A stretch of 61,340 nt of DNA from an uncultured Candidatus Saccharibacteria bacterium (GCA_964628585.1 CAZVMH010000006.1:1-61340), one strand, 5' to 3'; counted from the stretch's first letter, positions 27,439 to 38,194 are shown. Notes: generated by a model from the sequence alone, not told the origin. Program-made: numbers and translations.

Positions 27439-28725
27439 ATGAAAAGAATATTCTCAAAAATTATTCTTTTTTGTGGAATACTATTTCTCCCTGTTTCCGC
27501 TTATGCCGCTTCAAACCCCGAAGTTGAAAGCTTTACCCATGACGCCATGATCGCCCTGATCGGATTAGCTTCGGTTGCCGTTGTCTTCTTTCTGGTACGG
27601 GGAGCGTACCTGTATATAACCTCGAGTGGAGATCCGGCGGCACTGGACGAAGCAAAGCGGACTATCAGAAATGCCCTTATCGGATTGGTAATTGTTATAG
27701 GGGCAGCAGTTTTCAGCTCAATGCTTAACAGCGCAATGACAGAGCCTGCCAACAATGCTACCGGTACGGCTTTGACTTTAAGCGCAATCGAACCTGCTCC
27801 TCCTGATAATTCCCTTACCCAAGTTCTTCTGGATGCGATATCCGGTTTTCTGCAAAATATTATTCAGTCAGCCACCAAACCTCTCTTTGACGGAATCACC
27901 TGGTTTTTAACCTCTACGCCCCTTCTTTCCACCAATTCGGTTGTCTTTAATTTCTGGCTTGTTATGGTCGGTATCACCGATTCTCTCTTTGCTCTGGTAA
28001 TTGCCCTTCTGGGATTTAGGATAATGAGCACCTCAACTTTCGGGCTGGAAGAGATGACTTTGAAGGAAGTATGGCCTAAAATCGCCCTTGCCTTTGTCGG
28101 AGCCAATACCTCGATCTTTTTGATTGATTGGGTCATCCAGCTTTGCCAAGTCATGGTCAATGCAGTCCTTCATGCCACAGGCGGATTAGGACAGGCCTGG
28201 ATATTAAACGCTTTCGATCCGGCTGCCCTAGTTACCAATACGACAGCTCTCATAACTTTGATATTCATTATCATTTTTGTAATTCTGGCTGCCGTACTTC
28301 TGCTCTTCTATATCTCCCGTTTGATGATCCTGGCTTTCGGTGCCGTTATCTCGCCCTTTGTCTGCCTGCTTGCTCTAATTCCGAGCATGTCGGGCCTGGC
28401 CGCAAACCTAGCCAAAGCCTACTTTATTACTATTTTCACAGTCTTTATCCATGTTGTCATAATTCAGTTGGCCTCGGCTTTCTTAACCGCTCCCGGTCAA
28501 GTTGGAGCTAATCCGGTAGTTTCAATTTTAATCGGAGTCGCTCTTTTCTCAATCCTCTTAAAAAGTACTGCTACCGCCATTCAGCTTGCTCTTGCCAGCG
28601 GAACAACCAATTCAATTAAGAAATTCAGCGGACAGATTATGAATGTGATCAGTTCGGGAAATGTTTCCAATGTAAAGAATACGGTCAGCGCAAAAGAAGC
28701 GATTAAACAAGCGAGGGTCAAATGA
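27439..28725 (+). CDS. VirB6/TrbL-like channel protein with N-terminal pilin-like segment
   Basis: YITSSGDP pilin-like N-terminus followed by many TM helices. Confidence 0.72.
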   Translation: MKRIFSKIILFCGILFLPVSAYAASNPEVESFTHDAMIALIGLASVAVVFFLVRGAYLYITSSGDPAALDEAKRTIRNALIGLVIVIGAAVFSSMLNSAMTEPANNATGTALTLSAIEPAPPDNSLTQVLLDAISGFLQNIIQSATKPLFDGITWFLTSTPLLSTNSVVFNFWLVMVGITDSLFALVIALLGFRIMSTSTFGLEEMTLKEVWPKIALAFVGANTSIFLIDWVIQLCQVMVNAVLHATGGLGQAWILNAFDPAALVTNTTALITLIFIIIFVILAAVLLLFYISRLMILAFGAVISPFVCLLALIPSMSGLAANLAKAYFITIFTVFIHVVIIQLASAFLTAPGQVGANPVVSILIGVALFSILLKSTATAIQLALASGTTNSIKKFSGQIMNVISSGNVSNVKNTVSAKEAIKQARVK

Positions 28726-29225
28726 AAACTACCGTTGTACCCGCTCAAATCACAACCGTTGAAGATAGAATTGCCGGCAGTTTAACCCTGCCCCAGATTG
28801 TGCTGATGGTTATCTCCCTTGTGATCGGCGTAGTTATCTATGCCGGAATCCCGCCCAAAATGCACCTTAGCGCTTTCAAAATGACATTTATCGTGATCCA
28901 GTTCGCCGTGCTGGGAATATTAGCCATAAGGTTTAACGGCAAGATCGTGGCCGATTGGCTGATCATATTTCTGCGATATAAATCCAGACCCAATAAATAT
29001 GTTTTTACCAAGAATGATCTCATATATAGAGAAATCGTCGCTTCCAAAGAAGTTGCTAATAACAGGGAAAAACAAGTCAGCACAAACGAAAACAAAAAAT
29101 CCTCCAAGCCCTTAACCCTATTGGAGGAATTAAATCTAAAGAAGATTCTCGCCAGCGATTCACTATCTTTATCATTTAAGCCGTCGAAGAAAGGAGGAAT
29201 GGATGTTGCGCTCGAGCAAAAGTAA
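28722..29225 (+). CDS. PrgI/VirB3-like protein
   Basis: VPAQITTVEDRIAGSLT, two TM helices. Confidence 0.75.
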   Translation: MKTTVVPAQITTVEDRIAGSLTLPQIVLMVISLVIGVVIYAGIPPKMHLSAFKMTFIVIQFAVLGILAIRFNGKIVADWLIIFLRYKSRPNKYVFTKNDLIYREIVASKEVANNREKQVSTNENKKSSKPLTLLEELNLKKILASDSLSLSFKPSKKGGMDVALEQK

Positions 29226-29817
29226 AAATGGATCGGCCAGAACTCAAATCGGCATCAAAGAGGTCAGAGACGGCATCTTAATTCTGCCCGATAACTGCTA
29301 CCGCTCAATCCTCTCGACTTCATCCTTGAACTTCGAGCTTCAGAGTGAAGAAGAGCAGGATGTCGTGATCGATGCCTTTCAATCCTTTCTAAATAGCTTA
29401 ACAACATCGATTCAGATAATTGTCCGGGTTCGAGAGCTCGATATCGACCACTATCTTGAGGATTTCCAGGAGAAACTTAAAAATGAGAAGCAAAAGATTT
29501 ATGTAGATCAGCTGGCAAACTATAGCGACTTCATCCGAAAGCTGGTTTCGGGCAACAAGATTCTCTCCCGAAGATTCTATTTGGTAATTCCTCATGACAA
29601 CAAGGGCAAGGTTGATTTCCAAACTGCCAAGGAACAGCTCATGCTTGAGCAGGAGATTATCATTAAGGGATTAGAGAAGATCGGGATGACAGCAAGACAG
29701 CTTACATGCATAGAAATTCTAGACCTATTCTACAGCTATTACCGGCCGGAGCAGGCCAAGATTCAGCCTTTAGTTGAAGCATTAGTGAGGAAAACAAATG
29801 ATCAAAATTTTTTCTAA
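29203..29817 (+). CDS. T4SS-associated protein (VirB4 N-terminal/TraC-like)
   Basis: LNFELQSEEEQ...FLNSL...IQI...RRFYLVIP; located between prgI-like and virB4. Confidence 0.65.
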   Translation: MLRSSKSKNGSARTQIGIKEVRDGILILPDNCYRSILSTSSLNFELQSEEEQDVVIDAFQSFLNSLTTSIQIIVRVRELDIDHYLEDFQEKLKNEKQKIYVDQLANYSDFIRKLVSGNKILSRRFYLVIPHDNKGKVDFQTAKEQLMLEQEIIIKGLEKIGMTARQLTCIEILDLFYSYYRPEQAKIQPLVEALVRKTNDQNFF

Positions 29818-31594
29818 ACCAAGACCAAACTCAAGATGGGCCAAAAGAAAAAGGGTAGAGAAGGAAAAGAAGGACGCCCTCATTTTTCATGTCGGCGACC
29901 AGGATCAGCTCGATATGATCACTTATTCGGGGCTTCAGGAATTTACCGATCACCTGGAAATTGACGGGCGATATGTTAAGACCCTCTTCATCTCCGGCTA
30001 CCCATATACTGCATCAAGCGGCTGGCTAAACCACCTCATAAACTTCAACTACAACGTCGATATTTCCTATCATATTGAACCGGTAGATGCGATACTTGCC
30101 CTTCCCAAACTAAACCGCAAAATAACCGAGCTAATCTCTACAAAAAGAGCTATGGAGAGGGCAGGCAAGATCATCGGTTCGGAGCTAACAGATCCATTGG
30201 ATTCGGCAACAGAGCTTCGGGACAAGATTCAGCGGGGGCAGGAGAACCTATTCCAAGTTTCCCTATATATAAATCTCTCGGCCGACACTCTGGCTGAATT
30301 AAATAAGACGATCAAACTCCTAGACACCGTCTTGGCAACCCGCCTCTTCTATACCAAACCGGCTACTTTTCAGCAGATCGAGGGCCTACAATCGGTATTG
30401 CCAAGATGCAACAACCAACTGGCTCAAAAAAGAAATTTGGACAGCTCCTCAGCCGCTCTGACCTTTCCGTTTATCTCATCTGAACTGGTTCATGAATCGG
30501 GAGTACTCTACGGAATCAACCGGTCAAATAGCTCGCTTGTAATACTGGATCGATTCTCGCTTCCGAATGCAAACAGTATATTATTCGCCCAATCGGGAGC
30601 AGGAAAAAGCTACACCGCCAAAGTGGAAATTCTTCGCCACTTAATGCAGGGAACCAAGGTAATCGTGATCGATCCGGAGAGAGAATACAAAAGACTGGCC
30701 CAGTCAGTCGGCGGAACAAATATCAAACTCTCTGTTCATTCCAAGGAGAAGATTAATCCCTTTGATCTTGAAGTCAACGCTTTCTCCGAGGAAGAGGGCT
30801 TTGCTGATCATATTCAATCACTGACTGAAATTATCTCTTTGGTGGCAGAGGGGCTTTCTGCCGAAGAGAAATCAGTCGTTGATAAAGCCATAATCACAAC
30901 ATACCAAAAAGCCGGCTGGACAAAGAAGAACTCAACCAAGAAGAAAAGTCGAACATACCCTAGACTATTTGACCTCTATGTTACTCTGCGGGGAATGAAA
31001 CAGATTAAGCTTTGCCGAAGGCTTGAGAAATATACGACGGGCTCGCTTTCACAGGTTTTCGATACCCAAACGAATATTGAACTTGATAATCGGCTGGTAG
31101 TATTTGATACCAAGGATCTGCCCGAATCGCTTCGCCAGATCATGCACCTAGTTATCGCTCAATTCGTTCAAAATCAAGTCAAATCAGACCCTTGCAAAAG
31201 AATACTGGTTATTGATGAAGCCTGGCTTCTTTTAGAGCATGAGGAAAGCGCTAGATTTGTAGCCGGATTAGTAAGAAGGGCTCGAAAGTACTATTTGGGA
31301 GTTTCCATTATCTCCCAGCAAGCCAATGACTTTCTCGGCAATGTTTACGGACGGGCAATAGCATCACAAAGTGCTCTGCGAATACTGATGAGACAGGACA
31401 CCACTACTATTAAAGGAGTCGCTTCGGAGTTCCACTTAAGCGAATATGAGCAAAGATTTCTTTTAACCTGCGAACAGGGAGAGGCATTGATCATTGCCGA
31501 TCAGCACCATGTCGCAGTCAAAGTAACGGCCTCCGAAACCGAGCATCCTCTGATTACAACCGATCCGACCGATATTATGAAAAAAGAAACATGA
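29798..31594 (+). CDS. VirB4-like ATPase
   Basis: AQSGAGKS, VIDPEREY, INPFDL, VIDEAW, RKY...SQQ. Confidence 0.9.
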   Translation: MIKIFSKPRPNSRWAKRKRVEKEKKDALIFHVGDQDQLDMITYSGLQEFTDHLEIDGRYVKTLFISGYPYTASSGWLNHLINFNYNVDISYHIEPVDAILALPKLNRKITELISTKRAMERAGKIIGSELTDPLDSATELRDKIQRGQENLFQVSLYINLSADTLAELNKTIKLLDTVLATRLFYTKPATFQQIEGLQSVLPRCNNQLAQKRNLDSSSAALTFPFISSELVHESGVLYGINRSNSSLVILDRFSLPNANSILFAQSGAGKSYTAKVEILRHLMQGTKVIVIDPEREYKRLAQSVGGTNIKLSVHSKEKINPFDLEVNAFSEEEGFADHIQSLTEIISLVAEGLSAEEKSVVDKAIITTYQKAGWTKKNSTKKKSRTYPRLFDLYVTLRGMKQIKLCRRLEKYTTGSLSQVFDTQTNIELDNRLVVFDTKDLPESLRQIMHLVIAQFVQNQVKSDPCKRILVIDEAWLLLEHEESARFVAGLVRRARKYYLGVSIISQQANDFLGNVYGRAIASQSALRILMRQDTTTIKGVASEFHLSEYEQRFLLTCEQGEALIIADQHHVAVKVTASETEHPLITTDPTDIMKKET

Positions 31595-32205
31595 ACCCGC
31601 AAACTCTTAGATTGATCGCCCTCTCCTTTTCAATGAAGAAGGAGATTAAACTCATATTCTTTACTGTGGGAGTCCTCTGCCTCCTGCCGGTTTTTGCCGT
31701 CATTATCTTAACCCAAGCGGGCTTTAATTTTGTTTCCGATACTCTGGCCTCAATCAATCCCACAACTTTGCTGGTAGAGATCCATGACCCTGCTGACGGC
31801 TCAATCATTGAAGTCATCACCGAACCGAGGATCTGGCCTACTGTTGGCAATGTTACATTGGAGTTTTCCCAAAGATCGCCCTATCAGCTCTTTCATACCG
31901 GTATTGATATTGCAGGGCCTACAGGAGAGCCGGTCGGGGCTTTTATGAAAGGAACGGTCATCTATGCCGATGAAACGATCACAGGCTTCGGCAAACATGT
32001 CAAAATAGATCATGGCCATCATATAGTTACTATCTATGGTCACTTGGATTCTATTGCCGTACAAGAAGGCCAGGAGGTTGATATAGGTACAGTCGTAGGC
32101 ACCAGAGGAGATACCGGCTGGTCAACAGGGCCTCATCTTCACTTTCAAACAAATGTATTCGGAATACCGGTCAATCCGAGGGTGTTTTTGACGGGGAGTC
32201 CATAA
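31591..32205 (+). CDS. M23 family peptidase
   Basis: HTGID (HxxxD), YGHL, GPHLHF (HxH); N-terminal TM. Confidence 0.88.
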   Translation: MNPQTLRLIALSFSMKKEIKLIFFTVGVLCLLPVFAVIILTQAGFNFVSDTLASINPTTLLVEIHDPADGSIIEVITEPRIWPTVGNVTLEFSQRSPYQLFHTGIDIAGPTGEPVGAFMKGTVIYADETITGFGKHVKIDHGHHIVTIYGHLDSIAVQEGQEVDIGTVVGTRGDTGWSTGPHLHFQTNVFGIPVNPRVFLTGSP

Positions 32206-32303
32206 AAACAAAAAGCCAGAGAAATCAATTATTTAATTGCTCTGGCCTTGCCCTGCTTGTCCTGGTTGGGACTACAGGGCTCGGTTTGGGAAAGACGGTC
32301 CCG

Positions 32304-33032
32304 CTATTGCCGTTCAGCTACCCATCCGCAGTGCTCACAGCGACCTTCGCGAACGATGTCCTTGATGTGATCGGCATGGTAACCAGCTCCAAGGACGGGG
32401 CAGTCAGATCCGGAAATCATGACGTACTTGTCCTCTCCAGGGACAAGAACTGTCATCTCCTCAAGATGGTCGTGAAACGATTGACCTTCGAGGATGGCGT
32501 ATCGGATCTTTCCCGGGGGAAGATCGGTTCTCCTGAAGACCCTTTCGATCTTGTCGAACAGATCTCCCAGGTCGTCGTACCAGTTGTTCTTCCTCATCAT
32601 CATCATTATCTGCTCAGCGAAGAAGTAGACGATATACCGAGCCGCATCCTCGTACGTCATCGGGCGGCGGTACCGGCTACTTCCTTTCTCTCTGAGCATC
32701 ACTCGCGTGAAGCAGAACACCACCTCAACGTGGAGGTCGGAGTCCTCTCTGGTACGCAGGTCGGACGAGGGAATGTTGAGTGTCAGCGATCTGAAAGCAT
32801 CCGCAAGGAAGCTCTTACCATCCGGCACTTCCCCACCCAGGTCGTTGGCGAGACAGTTGCTGTCTATTGTCTCTATGTCTGTGACTCCGATTCTCGCGAA
32901 GAACTCTCGGTTCAGCTCCGTAGCAAAGTCGCAGAGGATTTCTGCTTTTCTTCTGACCGCTGCTTCTTCTCCTGGGCTGGGAACGCTTGCGAGCATGAGC
33001 TGAACTGCCTGATTCACGTCTTTCGTGTTCAC
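32304..33032 (-). CDS. GC-rich hypothetical protein
   Basis: 242 aa, AAGGAAT upstream, C-terminal CEHC; composition visibly differs from flanks. Confidence 0.62.
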   Translation of the reverse strand: MNTKDVNQAVQLMLASVPSPGEEAAVRRKAEILCDFATELNREFFARIGVTDIETIDSNCLANDLGGEVPDGKSFLADAFRSLTLNIPSSDLRTREDSDLHVEVVFCFTRVMLREKGSSRYRRPMTYEDAARYIVYFFAEQIMMMMRKNNWYDDLGDLFDKIERVFRRTDLPPGKIRYAILEGQSFHDHLEEMTVLVPGEDKYVMISGSDCPVLGAGYHADHIKDIVREGRCEHCGWVAERQ

Positions 33033-33219
33033 GTCTTTATTCCTTGCCCTTTTCCCCCTTGGGCGCGAGGATATCAGATGGTTCGTATTATACCATGCAT
33101 TCGATTAAAAAGCAATACCCTAGCAAAAATTATATGAACAATAAGACCTCGGTTTCTCATAACAGAATAGGTGTTCGGTTTAACCTCTATAGGACTAAAT
33201 AATTTATCGAACACTTTGC

Positions 33220-33264
33220 TTGACAGGTGTTCATATATGGATATATACTATCCATATATGAACA
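33220..33264 (+). promoter_or_regulatory. Promoter overlapped by a 16-bp perfect inverted repeat
   Basis: TTGACA(33220)-18-TATACT; TGTTCATATATGGATA-N5-TATCCATATATGAACA at 33228-33264. Confidence 0.65.
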
Positions 33265-33278
33265 TAACGGAGGGATAG

Positions 33279-33602
33279 ATGGGGCCTTGTCAAACAAAAT
33301 TGTTTCAACCGAATGAAGCGGTTTCTGTAAACGAGAAAATTACTTCGGAGTTTGCCTCTTCCCTTATCACAGAACATTCTAAGCCAAATATTACTCTGGA
33401 CTCAATTTTCCCTACAGAACAGGAAGAGAACAAACTTCAAAGAGCTCGCCGAATTTTGGGCGAGATTGTAACCGACATACCCGACGATATTCTTGAGATT
33501 CATTTAGTCAAATTTCAATACTTAGTAGATTGCTGGCTTGATAGTTTTGAAAAACAGGCCTTCAACGGCAAAACATTAGATCAATTATTAAGAGAGGGGT
33601 GA
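33279..33602 (+). CDS. Hypothetical protein co-transcribed with the recombinase
   Basis: GGAGG RBS; 3-nt gap to the recombinase gene. Confidence 0.7.
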   Translation: MGPCQTKLFQPNEAVSVNEKITSEFASSLITEHSKPNITLDSIFPTEQEENKLQRARRILGEIVTDIPDDILEIHLVKFQYLVDCWLDSFEKQAFNGKTLDQLLREG

Positions 33603-33605
33603 AAA

Positions 33606-35219
33606 ATGGATCAATCCAATTCAAACCAAAAAAAGGGCGCTGTCGTTTATCTTCGCGTCTCGACAGAAGAACAGGTTGATAACTATTCCTTGGAAACACA
33701 GGAAGACATTTGTAACAAAGAGGCGCAAAAAAGAAAGCTCATAATTCGTCATACTTTTCGGGAGGAAGGAAAGTCGGCTAAAACCATAACCGGCAGACCG
33801 GTATTGATTGAAATGTTGGAGTTTTGCCGAAAACACAAAAAAGACATCGATGCCATCATTATCTATCGCTTGGATCGCATCTCGCGTCAAACAGCAGACT
33901 ATTTAGCAATCAGAAAGAAGCTGGCCGAGTGCGATATCAAATTAATCTCTGCAACCGAACCGACAGGCAACAGTCCGACGGAAAAATTCGTCGAGACAAT
34001 GCTTGCTGGCTTTGCTCAGATGGACAACGATGTCAGGAGTGAAAGAACAAAAAACGGCATGAAAGCAAGATTCTTGGCCGGATTAAACAGCGGCTATGTC
34101 CCGATGGGTTATTTAAATAATAACGGTTATGCCATAAAAGATCCGGAATTTTTCGATATTTTAAGTTATGGCTGGGATTTGATGGCGACAGGCGAGAAAA
34201 CCCTGAACGAAATGGTTAAGATTTTAAGCGAAAAAGGATTGCGGGGAGGAACCAAGGCCAAACCAACCATTCTAAGGGCTCAACAGCTTAATAGGATATT
34301 CCGAAACAAATTCTATGCCGGGAAAGTCATCTCAAAGAAGTATCACAAAGAAATTCAAGGCCAGCATCCGCCAATGGTAACTGAGGAAAAGTTTTACCAA
34401 GTCCAGGCGGCATTAGACGGAAGGAACACAAGAATTGCGATGCCGCTTGCCAGAAGAAACCGGGACAATCCGGAATTTCCACACCGCCGCTTTATTAAAT
34501 GCGGATGTTGCGGAGGTTCTTTCACCGGAGCCAAGAGTAAAGGAAAACGTCTTCATTATGGCTATTACTTTTGCCAGAAACGATGCAAGGGGGCAAATGC
34601 TTCCGTTGTAAAGATAGAAGAAAAAACTGAAAACCTTCTGGGGAAGATTGCGATCAAAGAAAAAACCGCAGAGCTCTTAAATGCTTATCTTAGAAGAAGA
34701 TACTATGAGAGGATCTCTACGCTGCAAAAAAGGCGGGATAGAGCCGATCAGGACCTTCGTGAGCTATATGAGTTTCGCCAGGCATTAATCCAGAAAAATA
34801 TCTCGGGAGTGTATTCCGATGAGGTCTTCAAAGAACAAAATAAGATTGTTGAGAAGAAAATACAAGCCGCAGTAATGGCCAAAGAGGATGAGTTGATTGA
34901 TAAATATAACTTAAAGGATATAACCCTGTTTATAAAAAATAAGCTCGGCAATCTTTTGCAAACATACAAAGATTCCGAGTTACAAGACAAGCGCACGCTC
35001 ATGTGTTCGATATTTCCCTCTGGACTGGTCTGGGACCAAAACGACTATTCACACACCGAAATTAGTCAATACTACAGCGCAATAACCGATATTGAAAAAC
35101 CTAGCATCCGGTTTGGTACCCCAGGCAGGATTCGAACCTGCGACCTAATGTTTAGAAAACATTTGCTCTATCCACTGAGCTACTGGGGCATTTTTTATGT
35201 CAAAACCCATTTCTTTTAA
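33606..35219 (+). CDS. Large serine recombinase (integrase)
   Basis: VYLRVSTEEQ catalytic Ser, YRLDRISR, recombinase domain, CGCCG/YYFC zinc ribbon, coiled coil; last 32 aa are encoded antisense to the tRNA. Confidence 0.93.
   Translation: MDQSNSNQKKGAVVYLRVSTEEQVDNYSLETQEDICNKEAQKRKLIIRHTFREEGKSAKTITGRPVLIEMLEFCRKHKKDIDAIIIYRLDRISRQTADYLAIRKKLAECDIKLISATEPTGNSPTEKFVETMLAGFAQMDNDVRSERTKNGMKARFLAGLNSGYVPMGYLNNNGYAIKDPEFFDILSYGWDLMATGEKTLNEMVKILSEKGLRGGTKAKPTILRAQQLNRIFRNKFYAGKVISKKYHKEIQGQHPPMVTEEKFYQVQAALDGRNTRIAMPLARRNRDNPEFPHRRFIKCGCCGGSFTGAKSKGKRLHYGYYFCQKRCKGANASVVKIEEKTENLLGKIAIKEKTAELLNAYLRRRYYERISTLQKRRDRADQDLRELYEFRQALIQKNISGVYSDEVFKEQNKIVEKKIQAAVMAKEDELIDKYNLKDITLFIKNKLGNLLQTYKDSELQDKRTLMCSIFPSGLVWDQNDYSHTEISQYYSAITDIEKPSIRFGTPGRIRTCDLMFRKHLLYPLSYWGIFYVKTHFF
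35114..35189 (-). tRNA. tRNA-Arg(TCT), integration target
   Basis: GCCCCAG/CTGGGGT acceptor stem, AATGT-TTTCTAA-ACATT anticodon arm, CCA end. Confidence 0.95.
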
Positions 35220-35885
35220 AACATATATTCTCCACGTAACAATTTTTCTGAACAAGTCTACGTTATGAATTCTGATAGAACAAGTTCCTTGATATGAAGG
35301 ATTTTTCAAAGACCCATGTTGAGTCGGTTTTATAAAGACGCTGAATCTGGTTACTGAAATTTTTGTAACACTTAACCACAATGACAACATTTTTTCTTTA
35401 TCAAGTAGCTCGTGAATATTTAATTCGATGAAAAATTTATTTTCAGGAACTTTGCAAATTTGTCTAAACCACTTCATCATAAACTCAACCATCAAAGGAT
35501 CTGAATTGCAGAATTTGACGTTTTGGCGATCTACCGATTTATCGCCCTCAGCCCAATAAAGCATGAGTCCCATCAGGAAAAAGTTGTCACTTTTTAGGGT
35601 TTTTACTTCTTTTTTTGCTTCAGTAACTATCTGTTTTATTCTTTCAATCTTGCGCAGTTGGTTTGTCCATGATCCACGTTGTCTCTGGATAGACCTTGCG
35701 CTATCGGCACCCGTTCTCATTTTCTTAAGAATGAGATCTTTTTGATTGTGGGTTAATGCTATATTTCTAACCCATCCACACAAAGTACCTTTCGAAAGAT
35801 TGGGAATTATAGATCTGATTTCGGAATAAGTTTTCCCTTGTCTGCGTAACCCTTGGGCTTTCTTTTTATCGTCTACTCTTGTCAT
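35145..35885 (-). CDS. HTH plus LAGLIDADG-like protein overlapping tRNA-Arg(TCT)
   Basis: N-terminal HTH (LRRQGKTYSEI...LSKGTLCGW), GLMLYWAEGDK helix, FCNSDP; last 14 codons lie inside the tRNA. Confidence 0.7.
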   Translation of the reverse strand: MTRVDDKKKAQGLRRQGKTYSEIRSIIPNLSKGTLCGWVRNIALTHNQKDLILKKMRTGADSARSIQRQRGSWTNQLRKIERIKQIVTEAKKEVKTLKSDNFFLMGLMLYWAEGDKSVDRQNVKFCNSDPLMVEFMMKWFRQICKVPENKFFIELNIHELLDKEKMLSLWLSVTKISVTRFSVFIKPTQHGSLKNPSYQGTCSIRIHNVDLFRKIVTWRIYVLKEMGFDIKNAPVAQWIEQMFSKH

Positions 35886-35948
35886 AATTGTACTGGCTAT
35901 ATTATAGATCTATTATAACAATATAGTGTGTACACAAGCAAGAAATTC

Positions 35949-36026
35949 TGGTACGCCCGGCAGGACTTGAACCTGCAAACCTCTCGATCCGAAGTCGAGC
36001 GCTCTATCCAATTGAGCTACGGGCGC
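35949..36026 (-). tRNA. tRNA-Arg(TCG)
   Basis: GCGCCCG/CGGGCGT acceptor stem, CTCGA-CTTCGGA-TCGAG anticodon arm, CCA end. Confidence 0.95.
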
Positions 36027-36027
36027 A

Positions 36028-36103
36028 TGGGGCGGCTAACGGGAATTGAACCCATGACTCCAGTGCCACAAACTAGCGTGATAACCACTTCACCATAGCC
36101 GCC
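36028..36103 (-). tRNA. tRNA-His(GTG)
   Basis: GGCGGCTA/TAGCCGCC 8-bp acceptor stem, loop TT-GTG-GC, CCA end. Confidence 0.95.
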
Positions 36104-36209
36104 ATACTTTTTAGATTGTAGCATTTTATGCACAAAAAGTGAAGTAACAAGGCGATATCTGCCTTCTTGAAAAAAATGGGCCAAACCTGATAAATTAATA
36201 GAGTATTAA

Positions 36210-37505
<1,296 letters not shown>

Positions 37506-37523
37506 GATTTTAAGGAGAAACTA

Positions 37524-38147
37524 ATGGCATATTTAGTATTAGTTCGACACGGACAATCAGAATGGAACCTTTTAAATATTTGGACTGGTCATACTGATGT
37601 TGCGCTGTCTGAGCAAGGCAAAGAGGAAGCAAAAAAGGCAGCAGGGCTGTTAAAAGATATCACTTTGCATAAAGCCCATACTTCAGATTTGAAAAGAGCT
37701 CAAGATACCCTTGGTATCATTTTGAAAGAGTCGGGACATGAAAAAATTTCGGTAAAAAGGCATCCGGCGATAAAAGAGCGACATTATGGCGATTTAACCG
37801 GTATGAATAAGGATGAGGCCAAGAAAAAATTTGGCGAAGAATTATTTCTCAAGTATCGTCGAAGTTGGGACGTAGCTCCACCAAATGGAGAAAGTCTAAA
37901 AGATACGGCAAATCGATCTATCCCTTACTATGAAAAACATATTATGTCTGATCTAAAGGCAGGTCATAATGTAATTGTTTCAGCACATGGCAACAGTCTT
38001 AGGGCGATTGTAAAACATTTGGAACAAATATCAGATGAAGAGATCCCTAGTCTTGAAATTGGAACAGGAGAAATTTATGTGTACGAAATTGACGAAAATG
38101 GTAAAATTTTAAACAAAGAAATCCGCGATCATAACAAAAAATCTTAA
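37524..38147 (+). CDS. gpmA: 2,3-BPG-dependent phosphoglycerate mutase
   Basis: LVRHGQSEWN, ERHYG, PPNGESL, AHGNSLR. Confidence 0.95.
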   Translation: MAYLVLVRHGQSEWNLLNIWTGHTDVALSEQGKEEAKKAAGLLKDITLHKAHTSDLKRAQDTLGIILKESGHEKISVKRHPAIKERHYGDLTGMNKDEAKKKFGEELFLKYRRSWDVAPPNGESLKDTANRSIPYYEKHIMSDLKAGHNVIVSAHGNSLRAIVKHLEQISDEEIPSLEIGTGEIYVYEIDENGKILNKEIRDHNKKS

Positions 38148-38194
38148 TGTTCTGATTGAATAAAATGTCTTTTTGTGATAAGATTTTTTAGTAT

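Larger units (their letters stand above)
6863..35121. mobile_element. Integrative conjugative element (~28.25 kb) in the 3' end of tRNA-Arg(TCT)
   Basis: TGGTACCC direct repeats at 6863-6870 and 35114-35121; large serine recombinase, relaxase, coupling protein, VirB2/B4/B6-like genes, R-M cargo. Confidence 0.85.

Noticed and set aside
32286-33137. 283-aa plus-strand ORF with a His run
   Set aside because: Antisense shadow of the GC-rich 32304..33032 gene, which has the RBS and the more protein-like sequence.
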